From: Candidatus Woesebacteria bacterium
GTDB lineage: Bacteria; Patescibacteriota; Microgenomatia; UBA8517
Assembly: GCA_013426185.1 (NCBI GenBank)
Contig: CP058602.1
Span: forward strand, 271,123-335,122
Reading direction: 5' to 3'
DNA: 64,000 bases
Shown: piece after piece, positions 48,051-56,883 of the stretch
Numbering within the stretch: position 1 is the first letter of the stretch
Layout: every line of letters begins with the position of its first letter
The notes under the pieces: model-generated
Database searches by the model: none
Told to the model about the DNA's origin: nothing
What the model saw: only the letters and a program-made list of their open reading frames with translations
Made by a program: the position numbers and the translations under genes

Positions 48051-49708
48051 TTCTTATATGATTCTTTAATCAAAATAGGTCTTGTGCCTATTCTAAAATT
48101 AATAACCTTATAATCAGATATGATATCCTTAAGTATAACAAAATCACCAATAAACAAACAACGACCGCTACAACTTTCAATAAAGAAATCTAGATCTTTA
48201 TTTGGCACATCAACAATAAAAATATTATCAAAATTTCTAACCCAAAATCCTTTAATCTTGGGGTTTTCCTGATTCTGCCTCTGAACCTCCTTTGGATCTA
48301 CTTTTCCATAAACCTCATAAGCATACTCTATATTTTCTATACTTTTTGACAAAAAGACATAATCATATTTATTCTTAACTTTTGAAACAAACTCAAAAAC
48401 ATCTCTCGCTTGATATGACCATAAATCAGCATTTTTATAAGGCAAAAGAAAATTAGCACGGGCAAATCCCAAAGCCAATTGGAAAAATACCAAAAAGCAA
48501 ACTGCAAATAAACCAAGCCTCGCCAAAACATTTTTCCTCTTCTCAAACAGTTGATAAAAACCCAAAGCACTAATTAACAAAAGCGGTGGAAGCATAAAAC
48601 TATTGCGCAAAGCATGTTCTTCCAAAAGCAAAAAAGAACCAAGAGGTGCAATAAAAAGCCAGGAAAAAATAAACAAAAACGGCTTAAAATTCTTGGTCTT
48701 AAACACCATAAAAGCAAAAGCTAAAACACCCAAAAAAATAAGCAAAAAATCAGCATAATACATTTGCCCAAATTCAAACAGATTGTGTTTGGGATTTTTG
48801 TCTCCAGAAATAAAAAGAAAATCCGGCGAGAAGTTGTTCAAATAAGCACCTATTAAAAGATTGAAATAATAAAAAGCCTTATTAGAAAGTAAAAATTCAA
48901 TTTTTTCTGGCAGTTTTACCAGACCTCTCTCCCAAGCAACTTCTGAAGTAATTTCATCTTTTACATCCTTTCTTGAAAAAACGTTAATAGAAAGAAATCT
49001 TTCTTCAGAAAATCCTTTAAAGGTTTCATTGAGAGAAAGAGCAATAGCGAAAAAACCAAGAAAAATTGAAATTAAGATAGGAAAAAAACTTTTCTTGTCT
49101 TTTAAAGAAACTTTTAAATCTTCAAAAACATAAAAAAACAAAAATGGCAAGAAAAGAAAAAGAACCAACTTATAAACTGGATAAGTGTGGATAGACAACC
49201 CCCAAGATAAAGAAAAAACCACATACAACCAAGGTCTACCTTTTGAATAAAGCAAAGAGGCCACACCCAAAAGAGCCAAAAAAAGAGCAAAATGCGCTTC
49301 AAATCCAACCCGCGACAAGGAGATATCCCAAAAAGAAACAGCAGTAAACAAAGAAGCTATAAGGCCTATTCTTTCGTTGAAAAGCTTTTTGCCAAGAAAA
49401 TAAATTAAAATTATTATCCCTAAACCCGATAAAAAAGATAAAAACCTTACTCCCCAAGCTGTAGGGCCAAAAATAGCCACGAAGGGAATACTAAAATAAA
49501 CATATCCAGCTGGTCTACCAGCACCCATTTTGAAGGTTAGAGGTAAAAAATTACCAAGCTGGTCTTTACCAGTTCTCAATAAAGAATAAGAATCATAAAC
49601 CATAGTCAACTCGTCGCCATAAAGTGGAAGATTGGCCAATTTATAAAACCTGAGGCAAAAACCAATAAAAAGGATCAAGACCAAGACAAGCAAACTTTTT
49701 TTATTCAT
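48047..49708 (-). CDS. GT-C glycosyltransferase, ArnT/PMT-like paralog
   Basis: 'YGDELTMVYDSYSLLRTGKDQLGNFLPLTFKMGAGRPAGYVY'. Confidence 0.65.
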   Translation of the reverse strand: MNKKSLLVLVLILFIGFCLRFYKLANLPLYGDELTMVYDSYSLLRTGKDQLGNFLPLTFKMGAGRPAGYVYFSIPFVAIFGPTAWGVRFLSFLSGLGIIILIYFLGKKLFNERIGLIASLFTAVSFWDISLSRVGFEAHFALFLALLGVASLLYSKGRPWLYVVFSLSWGLSIHTYPVYKLVLFLFLPFLFFYVFEDLKVSLKDKKSFFPILISIFLGFFAIALSLNETFKGFSEERFLSINVFSRKDVKDEITSEVAWERGLVKLPEKIEFLLSNKAFYYFNLLIGAYLNNFSPDFLFISGDKNPKHNLFEFGQMYYADFLLIFLGVLAFAFMVFKTKNFKPFLFIFSWLFIAPLGSFLLLEEHALRNSFMLPPLLLISALGFYQLFEKRKNVLARLGLFAVCFLVFFQLALGFARANFLLPYKNADLWSYQARDVFEFVSKVKNKYDYVFLSKSIENIEYAYEVYGKVDPKEVQRQNQENPKIKGFWVRNFDNIFIVDVPNKDLDFFIESCSGRCLFIGDFVILKDIISDYKVINFRIGTRPILIKESYKK

Positions 49709-49734
49709 AGTCTAAGTATAATATAATAGCTTAA

Positions 49735-51714
49735 ATGTTTCTGGTAAATACACTTTTTTTTCTTTTTATCTCTTTTGTTTTTTTCCTAAACCCGGGGCTT
49801 TTAATCTTAAGACTTTCAAAAGTTAAAAAGATAGGTTTTGAGGAGATATTAATATCATTTGTTTTTGGATTATGCCTTTATAACTTATCTTCCCTATTAT
49901 TCCATAATCTCGGCGTTCCTCATATTTTGCTAGCGTTTGTAATTATCGCCAATATAATTTTATTAAAACAAGGGCCACTTGTAACAAAAATACCCACTGC
50001 CAATAAAAAAACCTATATCTTATTTGCAATCTTAATTCTTGGTATCATAGGTCAACTTCTAGTAATATCTCCAAGCGGTATTAAAAATAAACAAGGAGAT
50101 ATGGTTTTTTACAGTTCAAATGGCCATGATGGAGCCTGGCATATAGCCATAATGAACGAGGTGCAAAAAAAATTCCCGCTTCAAAATCCAAGTTATGCCG
50201 GAGAAAAACTGACTAACTATCATTTCCTTTCAGATATTGCTCCATCTGATATTAACCTTTTTTTCAAACTAAACAAGACCGACCTCTACTTCAGATTTTT
50301 CCCTCTACTTTATTCCATATTGCTTGGTCTTTTAGCTTACTTTTTGGGGAAAATAATATCAAAAAGTGTAAACGGAGGTTTGTGGAGTGTTTTTTTTACC
50401 TATTTTGCGGGAAGCTTTGGCTATATCGTCACTCTAATAAGAGAAGGTAAAATCAGCGGGGAAAGTTTGTTCTGGAGCTCGCAGGTCCAAAGTGTATCAG
50501 GCAATCCACCTCAAGCTTTTGCTCTAACAATCATTCTTGCCATCCTCATCTCCATTCAAAAATATGGAAAGGACAAGAAAATAATTTGGCTATTAATGCT
50601 TACCGCGATGGCAACTTCCCTTTCTCTTATAAAAATATACGCTTTTATAGTTTTGGTGTTATCGCTGGGATTTTTATCTTTATACCAAATAATAAAAAGA
50701 AAAAACTACAAATATTTAATAGCAACAATCATAATAGGTGTTTTATCATTTTCAATCTACTTCTTAAGCACCTCAAATCCAATGGAATCAAAATCCTTTT
50801 TAATCTTTGAGCCATGGTGGTATATCAGAACAATGGTGGTAGAACCAAGTAGATTAAACTTACTTGACTGGGAGTTAAGGAGACAAACCTATTTATATGA
50901 AAGAAACTTCTTAAGAGTAATACAAATTGAATTTCAAAGTTTCATTATCTTCCTTATTGGAAACCTGGGAACAAGAATAATAGCCATTTATTGGCTAATC
51001 AAAGAAAGGAAAAAAATATTTTTAAATCAACTATACATAAACTTAATAATCATAATTCTGATTTCCCTAACATTCCCCCTATTTTTCATTCAAAAGGGAG
51101 TAGCAGGTAATACAATTCAGACTTTTCAATATGTTCTTTTGATAACAGGAATATTAGCAGGTGTTTCAACAGCAAAAATAATGGAAAAAATAAAAACTAA
51201 GATCCTAAAAATCTTCCTCGCTATATTAATTATTGTTGTTTCAATGCCAACTCAAGTTGCACTAATTTATGAATTCTATTCAAAACCACCAATAGCCAAA
51301 ATAAGTATAGGTGAAATAGAAGCTCTAAATTTCTTAAAAGAAAAAACATCAAAAGATTCAATCATCTTAACTCCTCTTTACAACCAATATTCAAAATTCA
51401 AAAACCAAAGTACACCCAAAATCTGGGCATGGTTTGATAGTTCTTATATTGCCGCTTTTTCAGAAAGAAAGACTTTCTTTTCCGACTTTGAACAGATGGA
51501 TATCATGGGTTATGACATAAACAAAAGAAGAAAAATAGTGCAAGAAATTCTTATGAGCCCGAACATAGACTTATTCAAAAATTTATTAATTGAAAACAAA
51601 ATAGATTATCTATATATTCCAAGGGAATTAAAAGACGAAATAAAGCTTTATCCCGAAGTTCTTAAAAAGGTATTTGAAAATAGTGAAGTAGAAATTTGGC
51701 AATTGAGAACCTAA
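49735..51714 (+). CDS. Large polytopic membrane protein (659 aa) with a C-terminal soluble domain
   Basis: Divergent from the minus-strand operon, separated by a 26-bp spacer containing TATAATATAAT. Confidence 0.45.
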   Translation: MFLVNTLFFLFISFVFFLNPGLLILRLSKVKKIGFEEILISFVFGLCLYNLSSLLFHNLGVPHILLAFVIIANIILLKQGPLVTKIPTANKKTYILFAILILGIIGQLLVISPSGIKNKQGDMVFYSSNGHDGAWHIAIMNEVQKKFPLQNPSYAGEKLTNYHFLSDIAPSDINLFFKLNKTDLYFRFFPLLYSILLGLLAYFLGKIISKSVNGGLWSVFFTYFAGSFGYIVTLIREGKISGESLFWSSQVQSVSGNPPQAFALTIILAILISIQKYGKDKKIIWLLMLTAMATSLSLIKIYAFIVLVLSLGFLSLYQIIKRKNYKYLIATIIIGVLSFSIYFLSTSNPMESKSFLIFEPWWYIRTMVVEPSRLNLLDWELRRQTYLYERNFLRVIQIEFQSFIIFLIGNLGTRIIAIYWLIKERKKIFLNQLYINLIIIILISLTFPLFFIQKGVAGNTIQTFQYVLLITGILAGVSTAKIMEKIKTKILKIFLAILIIVVSMPTQVALIYEFYSKPPIAKISIGEIEALNFLKEKTSKDSIILTPLYNQYSKFKNQSTPKIWAWFDSSYIAAFSERKTFFSDFEQMDIMGYDINKRRKIVQEILMSPNIDLFKNLLIENKIDYLYIPRELKDEIKLYPEVLKKVFENSEVEIWQLRT

Positions 51715-51716
51715 TT

Positions 51717-52394
51717 CTACCTTTCCCTTCTTAAAAAATAAATAATTAAAGATGTTAACAAAAATAAAGTAGCAACAAAAAAGTAGAAAAAGGATGAATC
51801 TTGATAAAAACGACTAAACCAAGAGTTATAGATATCAATAACCAAAGAAAGCCGACTTTTGGGAGCAAAATAAAGTAAAAAGGAGATTGGTTTTTCAACC
51901 GGCATATCATTAATATAAAGACTACCCGCAAAATCTTGGGGCTCATTAGTCGTATAGACTTCATAAGCTTTTTCTTTACCAACCTCAAGAGTAGAAAGCT
52001 TAAATACATAACTAACTGAACGGGAATTGGGTATTTTGTCAAAAGTAAATATTACAATATCACCATCTTTAATCGAGCTGCCAGAAACTACAGATCTTCT
52101 TATTAGACCCCCTCTTGAATAAACTTCAAGAATAACATCCCCTTTACTTTGCAAATTAAAATTCCTGATACTAACACCAATGGCAGTCAGGTTATCTTGA
52201 GGTGAGATAAACTCTTGAGAAAGACTTTGTTCGTTAAACAATTTTTCACTACCAAAAAGTGGGGGTTGAAAAGAATAAGGAATATACCTCAAGCCCAAAC
52301 TCATAAATATGGGCGAGACAAAAACTAAAACCAAAAAAAAGCTTAATAAAAATAATAAAATCTTTACTTCTTTATGTAATTTATATTTTTCCAT
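51717..52394 (-). CDS. Single-pass membrane-anchored protein (225 aa)
   Basis: N-terminal TM helix then a soluble domain, plus a C-terminal TM helix. Confidence 0.35.
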   Translation of the reverse strand: MEKYKLHKEVKILLFLLSFFLVLVFVSPIFMSLGLRYIPYSFQPPLFGSEKLFNEQSLSQEFISPQDNLTAIGVSIRNFNLQSKGDVILEVYSRGGLIRRSVVSGSSIKDGDIVIFTFDKIPNSRSVSYVFKLSTLEVGKEKAYEVYTTNEPQDFAGSLYINDMPVEKPISFLLYFAPKSRLSLVIDIYNSWFSRFYQDSSFFYFFVATLFLLTSLIIYFLRRER

Positions 52395-53581
52395 AATAAG
52401 AATAAGGCCAAAGAACTAGAAGCTGTCTGTAACAAAGATTGCAAATAATATGAATTGTAAACCTTCTGGACAATAACAAAAGGATAAGGGATAAGACTAA
52501 AATACCTTGAAAAAAGTGAAAATAAAGATACTGTCATTTGTTTATCATCATAAAGAAACGGCAAGAAAAACATAACCAAAAACCATAAAACAGCAATAAA
52601 ATAATTTTCCTTATATTTAACTAAAAACAAAATAAGAAGCGGCAAAATCCAAACCAACCATTGTATATGGAAATGTATAAAACTTAAGACAACTACTAGT
52701 AATAGAAAAAAATAAAGTTCGATGCGCTTATCTAGGCGTGAAAGAAGATAAACAATAAAAATAATCAAAAATGGAATTATAATCCTCACACCAAAACCTA
52801 AATCAATAGAAGGAGCAAAAATTCTATTCATCAATCCTGAAGAAATAGCCCCACTAATAAAAGATTTCGAGAAAAACGGATAAGATAAAGACAGAAATGT
52901 TGCCAGAACAACTAAAAACATTTTAAGGAAATCGCCAAACTTATTTACTTTAAGGAAAATGATAGGTAATAAAAGCAGAGGATAAGCCTTAAAAAGAGAA
53001 CCCAAAACCAAGAAAAAACTTGATAAAACCAGCCTATCCTTCTTTGCCAAATACAAAGATAAAAGAACCAAGAAAGAAACAATAATATCAAAACCAGAAT
53101 AAGCATAAATAATAAAAATAGAAAATGGATTTAGAAGCCAAAGCGTAAACACTCTTGATTTCCTCTTCTTGTCATCAAAAAATGAAGCAAGGAGAAAAGC
53201 TGTCAGAACATCAAAAAATAAAAGTGGCAACTTAAGCAAAAAAATAAAGCGAAAAATTCTAAAATTTTCAACAGACTGCTGACTTGCATCCCAAAGCCAT
53301 TCTTTAAAACCGCTCCCCAATAGAGGTTTGATTAATACTTGATATGACCCCCAAAAAAGATAAGCGAGAGGTTGGTATACAAATTCCTCTCTAAAAGGCA
53401 GTTCTTGCTTTCTTTCATTTAAAAAGTCATAGATATTCAAAACTCCACTACTCAAAAAAGAGGATTGGAAATTGTATATTTTTATATCGGGGTGATACAA
53501 AAAGGGCATGATCAAAAGCCTCACCAATAAAGCAAAAACAAAAAGATACCGAGGAATGGGAATTTGGAAAAAGTCACGCAT
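52364..53581 (-). CDS. Polytopic membrane protein (GT-C candidate)
   Basis: 405 aa, at least 10 TM helices. Confidence 0.45.
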   Translation of the reverse strand: MRDFFQIPIPRYLFVFALLVRLLIMPFLYHPDIKIYNFQSSFLSSGVLNIYDFLNERKQELPFREEFVYQPLAYLFWGSYQVLIKPLLGSGFKEWLWDASQQSVENFRIFRFIFLLKLPLLFFDVLTAFLLASFFDDKKRKSRVFTLWLLNPFSIFIIYAYSGFDIIVSFLVLLSLYLAKKDRLVLSSFFLVLGSLFKAYPLLLLPIIFLKVNKFGDFLKMFLVVLATFLSLSYPFFSKSFISGAISSGLMNRIFAPSIDLGFGVRIIIPFLIIFIVYLLSRLDKRIELYFFLLLVVVLSFIHFHIQWLVWILPLLILFLVKYKENYFIAVLWFLVMFFLPFLYDDKQMTVSLFSLFSRYFSLIPYPFVIVQKVYNSYYLQSLLQTASSSLALFLLWKNINYIKK

Positions 53582-55247
53582 ATTTTTTCTTATTTAAAAA
53601 TAGATACAAACATAATAAAAACGACAAAAATGAAACCAAATCTAACAATTTATTCCTTAAAGTCTCATTATAAAAAACCTCAAGATCGTGCTCACCTTTT
53701 GCAACCGAGACTACAATCTGACCAAAAGGCTTGCCTGAGTCAATAGTAACCTCTTCCCCATCCAATTTTACCACCCAACCAGGAAAATAGTATCTTCTGA
53801 TATTGACATCTGTTTTGTCTTCAAAAACTTCTATCTTGGCTTTAAAATCAAGACTGTTATTTTCCTTAAAATCCTTAACTATAAAATTAGAACCAAATAG
53901 AATCGGCATCACCCTATCTGGCCTTAATTCTGTTAAAACAGGCAATCTTAGGTATTCTTCAGAGGTTTTTTTGTACTCCTCACTTGCCTCAGGAAGAGGT
54001 ATATAACGATTAAGATAATAGCCATCCTGTCTATTCAAATATTCACTTGGCTTAAAATAAGAGAAACCAAAATATAAAGATAGACAAATTAAAGAAAATA
54101 TCACAAGCTCCCTTATCTTTAACTTTTCAAAAGTTATGACAAAAATGGCAGAAGTAAAAATTACCAAAGTCAAAAACCGCCAAGGAAATTGGAAATAAGG
54201 TAAAAAGGGAAAATTCTGCCAAATAAAGCTTGATCTATGGTTAGTCATAAAAATAGAAGCAAAAAATACAATAAAAGACCAAATTAAGACTGAAGACTTG
54301 TCAAGAGAAAACTTCTTAAAATTACGAAAAAGCAAAAATATCGAAAGCACTAAAACTACAATCTGTGGCAGACCGATAAAAAATGACATACCATCATAAG
54401 GTCCGGGAACCGAGGCGCCATAACCAAAATAAGGAGTAATAAGCTGCTTAAAAGTGGGAAAGTGATCAGAATAATTAAATACTGTGTCGTACTTCATTAA
54501 TCTGATGTCAAGAATTGCTGGCACCCAAAAATAAGAAGAGGCAAGAAAACCCAATAGAAAAGTAAGCAAAAAGGGCTTAACGATCAGACGACCATGCTTT
54601 AGAAAAAGACCAAAAAAGACAAGAGACGACAAAGGTAAAAACATATAAGAGGTTATGTTGTGAGACAAAACTAAACAAAAAATAGACAAAGAAGCAATAG
54701 CAACCCATCGCCAATTAATTTTCTTTTTGTCTTCATCCAAAAGGGAGAAAAAAGAAAGTAAAACCAAAGGTAAAAAGACAAAAGCCAAAGATTCCCCGAT
54801 TGCTCCCCTTACATAGACATCTGTCGCTCGATATGGAGCATAAAGATAAATAGTTGCACCAAGAAGACTAAGATACTTGTCGGTAAACTTTTTTAGAAGT
54901 AAGTACATAGAAAAAAACGACAAAAATAAGCTTAAAGCAAGTACTATTTTTACGCTATTAACTAAGCTAAAACCTAAAAGATGAAAAACTTCACCCAGGT
55001 AAAATGGCAAGGGAAAAACAAAATTAAAAAGAGGGTAGCCAAAACCATAACTTAAGCTGGGAGTATATCTTGGGGGGAACTTGCCAGACCTAATTGCCTG
55101 GTCCATTTCATAAAGCCAAGCAATATGCATATCATCAGACACACCAAAATATCCTGGTTTTAAAAACAAAGCAAGAATAGAGGGCAAAGGAATCAAAAAA
55201 AGAACAAGCCAAAAATTATGATCTAAAAAATTTAAAAGCTTTTTCAT
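53574..55247 (-). CDS. YfhO-like / second-family GT-C membrane protein
   Basis: 'SYGFGYPLFNFVFPLPFYLGE' and 'QFPWRFLTLVIF'. Confidence 0.5.
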   Translation of the reverse strand: MKKLLNFLDHNFWLVLFLIPLPSILALFLKPGYFGVSDDMHIAWLYEMDQAIRSGKFPPRYTPSLSYGFGYPLFNFVFPLPFYLGEVFHLLGFSLVNSVKIVLALSLFLSFFSMYLLLKKFTDKYLSLLGATIYLYAPYRATDVYVRGAIGESLAFVFLPLVLLSFFSLLDEDKKKINWRWVAIASLSIFCLVLSHNITSYMFLPLSSLVFFGLFLKHGRLIVKPFLLTFLLGFLASSYFWVPAILDIRLMKYDTVFNYSDHFPTFKQLITPYFGYGASVPGPYDGMSFFIGLPQIVVLVLSIFLLFRNFKKFSLDKSSVLIWSFIVFFASIFMTNHRSSFIWQNFPFLPYFQFPWRFLTLVIFTSAIFVITFEKLKIRELVIFSLICLSLYFGFSYFKPSEYLNRQDGYYLNRYIPLPEASEEYKKTSEEYLRLPVLTELRPDRVMPILFGSNFIVKDFKENNSLDFKAKIEVFEDKTDVNIRRYYFPGWVVKLDGEEVTIDSGKPFGQIVVSVAKGEHDLEVFYNETLRNKLLDLVSFLSFLLCLYLFLNKKKYA

Positions 55248-56883
55248 ATTTTATGAAAACAACCAACAAAAACAAACTTAAAAGTGAAATCCAATTAGAA
55301 ATTCTTCTAACTCGCGTGTCTACTAGCTTACCTTCAACCATATATTCACCTCTTGGCAAACTCACTACTACAAGACCTTTATCGCTTGTTTCATAATTCA
55401 AAAACTTATTACCTGATTTTACCTCCCAAACAGGAAAATTAAACACCGGCACTTCTACTTTCCCTTCCCTTTCCGCCTTAACCAAAAAACTCCAACTATC
55501 AGTCTTTCGATTAAAATTTGAAACAACAATACTGTCATCCACGCTAGATACCTGAAGAGGAGCTGGAGAATCTGGAACAAGAGCGCCAACAGGCAAATAG
55601 TCATTAATTGACCCTTTTTGCATTATTCTCAAGCTTTCGCCGCTCAACATCTCTTTGTCACTTGTTTTGAAAAATCTCTCGGGTCTAAAGTACCTATAAT
55701 TCAAGAAGATAGTCAGAAGAACCATAAAAATAAAAAACCACCTGAAGTTCTTCACACCCAAACCAGCAAGGCGCGATATAAAAAAACCTCCAATAATTGA
55801 TGAGGAAAAAATTGATAATGATAAAAATCTCCAAGGAAACTGAGTAAAACTTAAAATAGGAATTCTTTCCCAGATAAAAGCCGACTTATTGTGAATCATA
55901 AAAATTGAAAAGACAAAAACAAAAAACATAAAGAGAGAAAGCAAAAGACCTAAATCAAATTTCTTTTTCTTGACGATATAGAAAATTATGAATGGCAGAG
56001 ATAAAAATACAATGAACCAATGCGGCCAACCAATTTGAAAAGAGATAGTATCCTCCTTTTGAGGATTTGAAGCGCTATAATGCCAACTTCTATCCCAAAA
56101 AAGCTGACTAACTTTCACAAAATGAGCTCTAAAATTAAGTTCATCTTTGGTCATAGATTCTATCTGAACTAAATTTTTCTCAAAAAAGGCTGGCAAGAGA
56201 AAAAAACTTGAAACACCAAGGCTAATAAAAAGAGAGACTAACAAAATCTTTAGACCGAGTCCTTTTTTATAAAGATACACCAAGATCATCCAAATGATAA
56301 TTAACGGAGAAAAAAGCATCACCATAACATTGTGTGACAAAAAGAAAGAAGTTAAAGATATCACCAAACCCAAAAAATACTTTTTTTCTTTCTTTTGGGA
56401 CAATTTATAAACAAAATAAAAAATAAAAGGGACAAGAGAAATAGCAAAGATTTCAGCCAAAGCCCCCCTAACATAAACATCAAGAGCCCGATATGGAGCA
56501 TAGGTAAAAAGCACAGACGAGAAAATTGCTGCCCAAACTCCAAAAAATTCTTTTGTTAAAAGATACATCCCCAAAAAAGAAAGGATAAAGGTTAACAAAA
56601 AAAGAATTTTTACTGAAGTAATATAGCCAAAAACAAAACTCAAAAGCCCACCTAAATAATAGGCAAAAGGAGCATAATAATTAAAAAGAGGAAAACCATA
56701 GCCATAGCCCATATCAGGCACCCAACGGCAAGGAATCTGGAGATCAAGAAGACATTTTTTCATTTCGTAAACTCTAATCACCTGTAAATTATCATGATGA
56801 GTAAAGAAACCGGGAACAAAAAGAGGCCAAATTACAAAGATTAAGATCAAAAACAAAAGAAAGCTAAGAAGTTTTTTGCTCAT
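55216..56883 (-). CDS. YfhO-like / second-family GT-C membrane protein
   Basis: 'CRWVPDMGYGYGFPLFNYYAPFAYYLGG' and 'QFPWRFLSLSIF'. Confidence 0.5.
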   Translation of the reverse strand: MSKKLLSFLLFLILIFVIWPLFVPGFFTHHDNLQVIRVYEMKKCLLDLQIPCRWVPDMGYGYGFPLFNYYAPFAYYLGGLLSFVFGYITSVKILFLLTFILSFLGMYLLTKEFFGVWAAIFSSVLFTYAPYRALDVYVRGALAEIFAISLVPFIFYFVYKLSQKKEKKYFLGLVISLTSFFLSHNVMVMLFSPLIIIWMILVYLYKKGLGLKILLVSLFISLGVSSFFLLPAFFEKNLVQIESMTKDELNFRAHFVKVSQLFWDRSWHYSASNPQKEDTISFQIGWPHWFIVFLSLPFIIFYIVKKKKFDLGLLLSLFMFFVFVFSIFMIHNKSAFIWERIPILSFTQFPWRFLSLSIFSSSIIGGFFISRLAGLGVKNFRWFFIFMVLLTIFLNYRYFRPERFFKTSDKEMLSGESLRIMQKGSINDYLPVGALVPDSPAPLQVSSVDDSIVVSNFNRKTDSWSFLVKAEREGKVEVPVFNFPVWEVKSGNKFLNYETSDKGLVVVSLPRGEYMVEGKLVDTRVRRISNWISLLSLFLLVVFIKYEKAFKFFRS

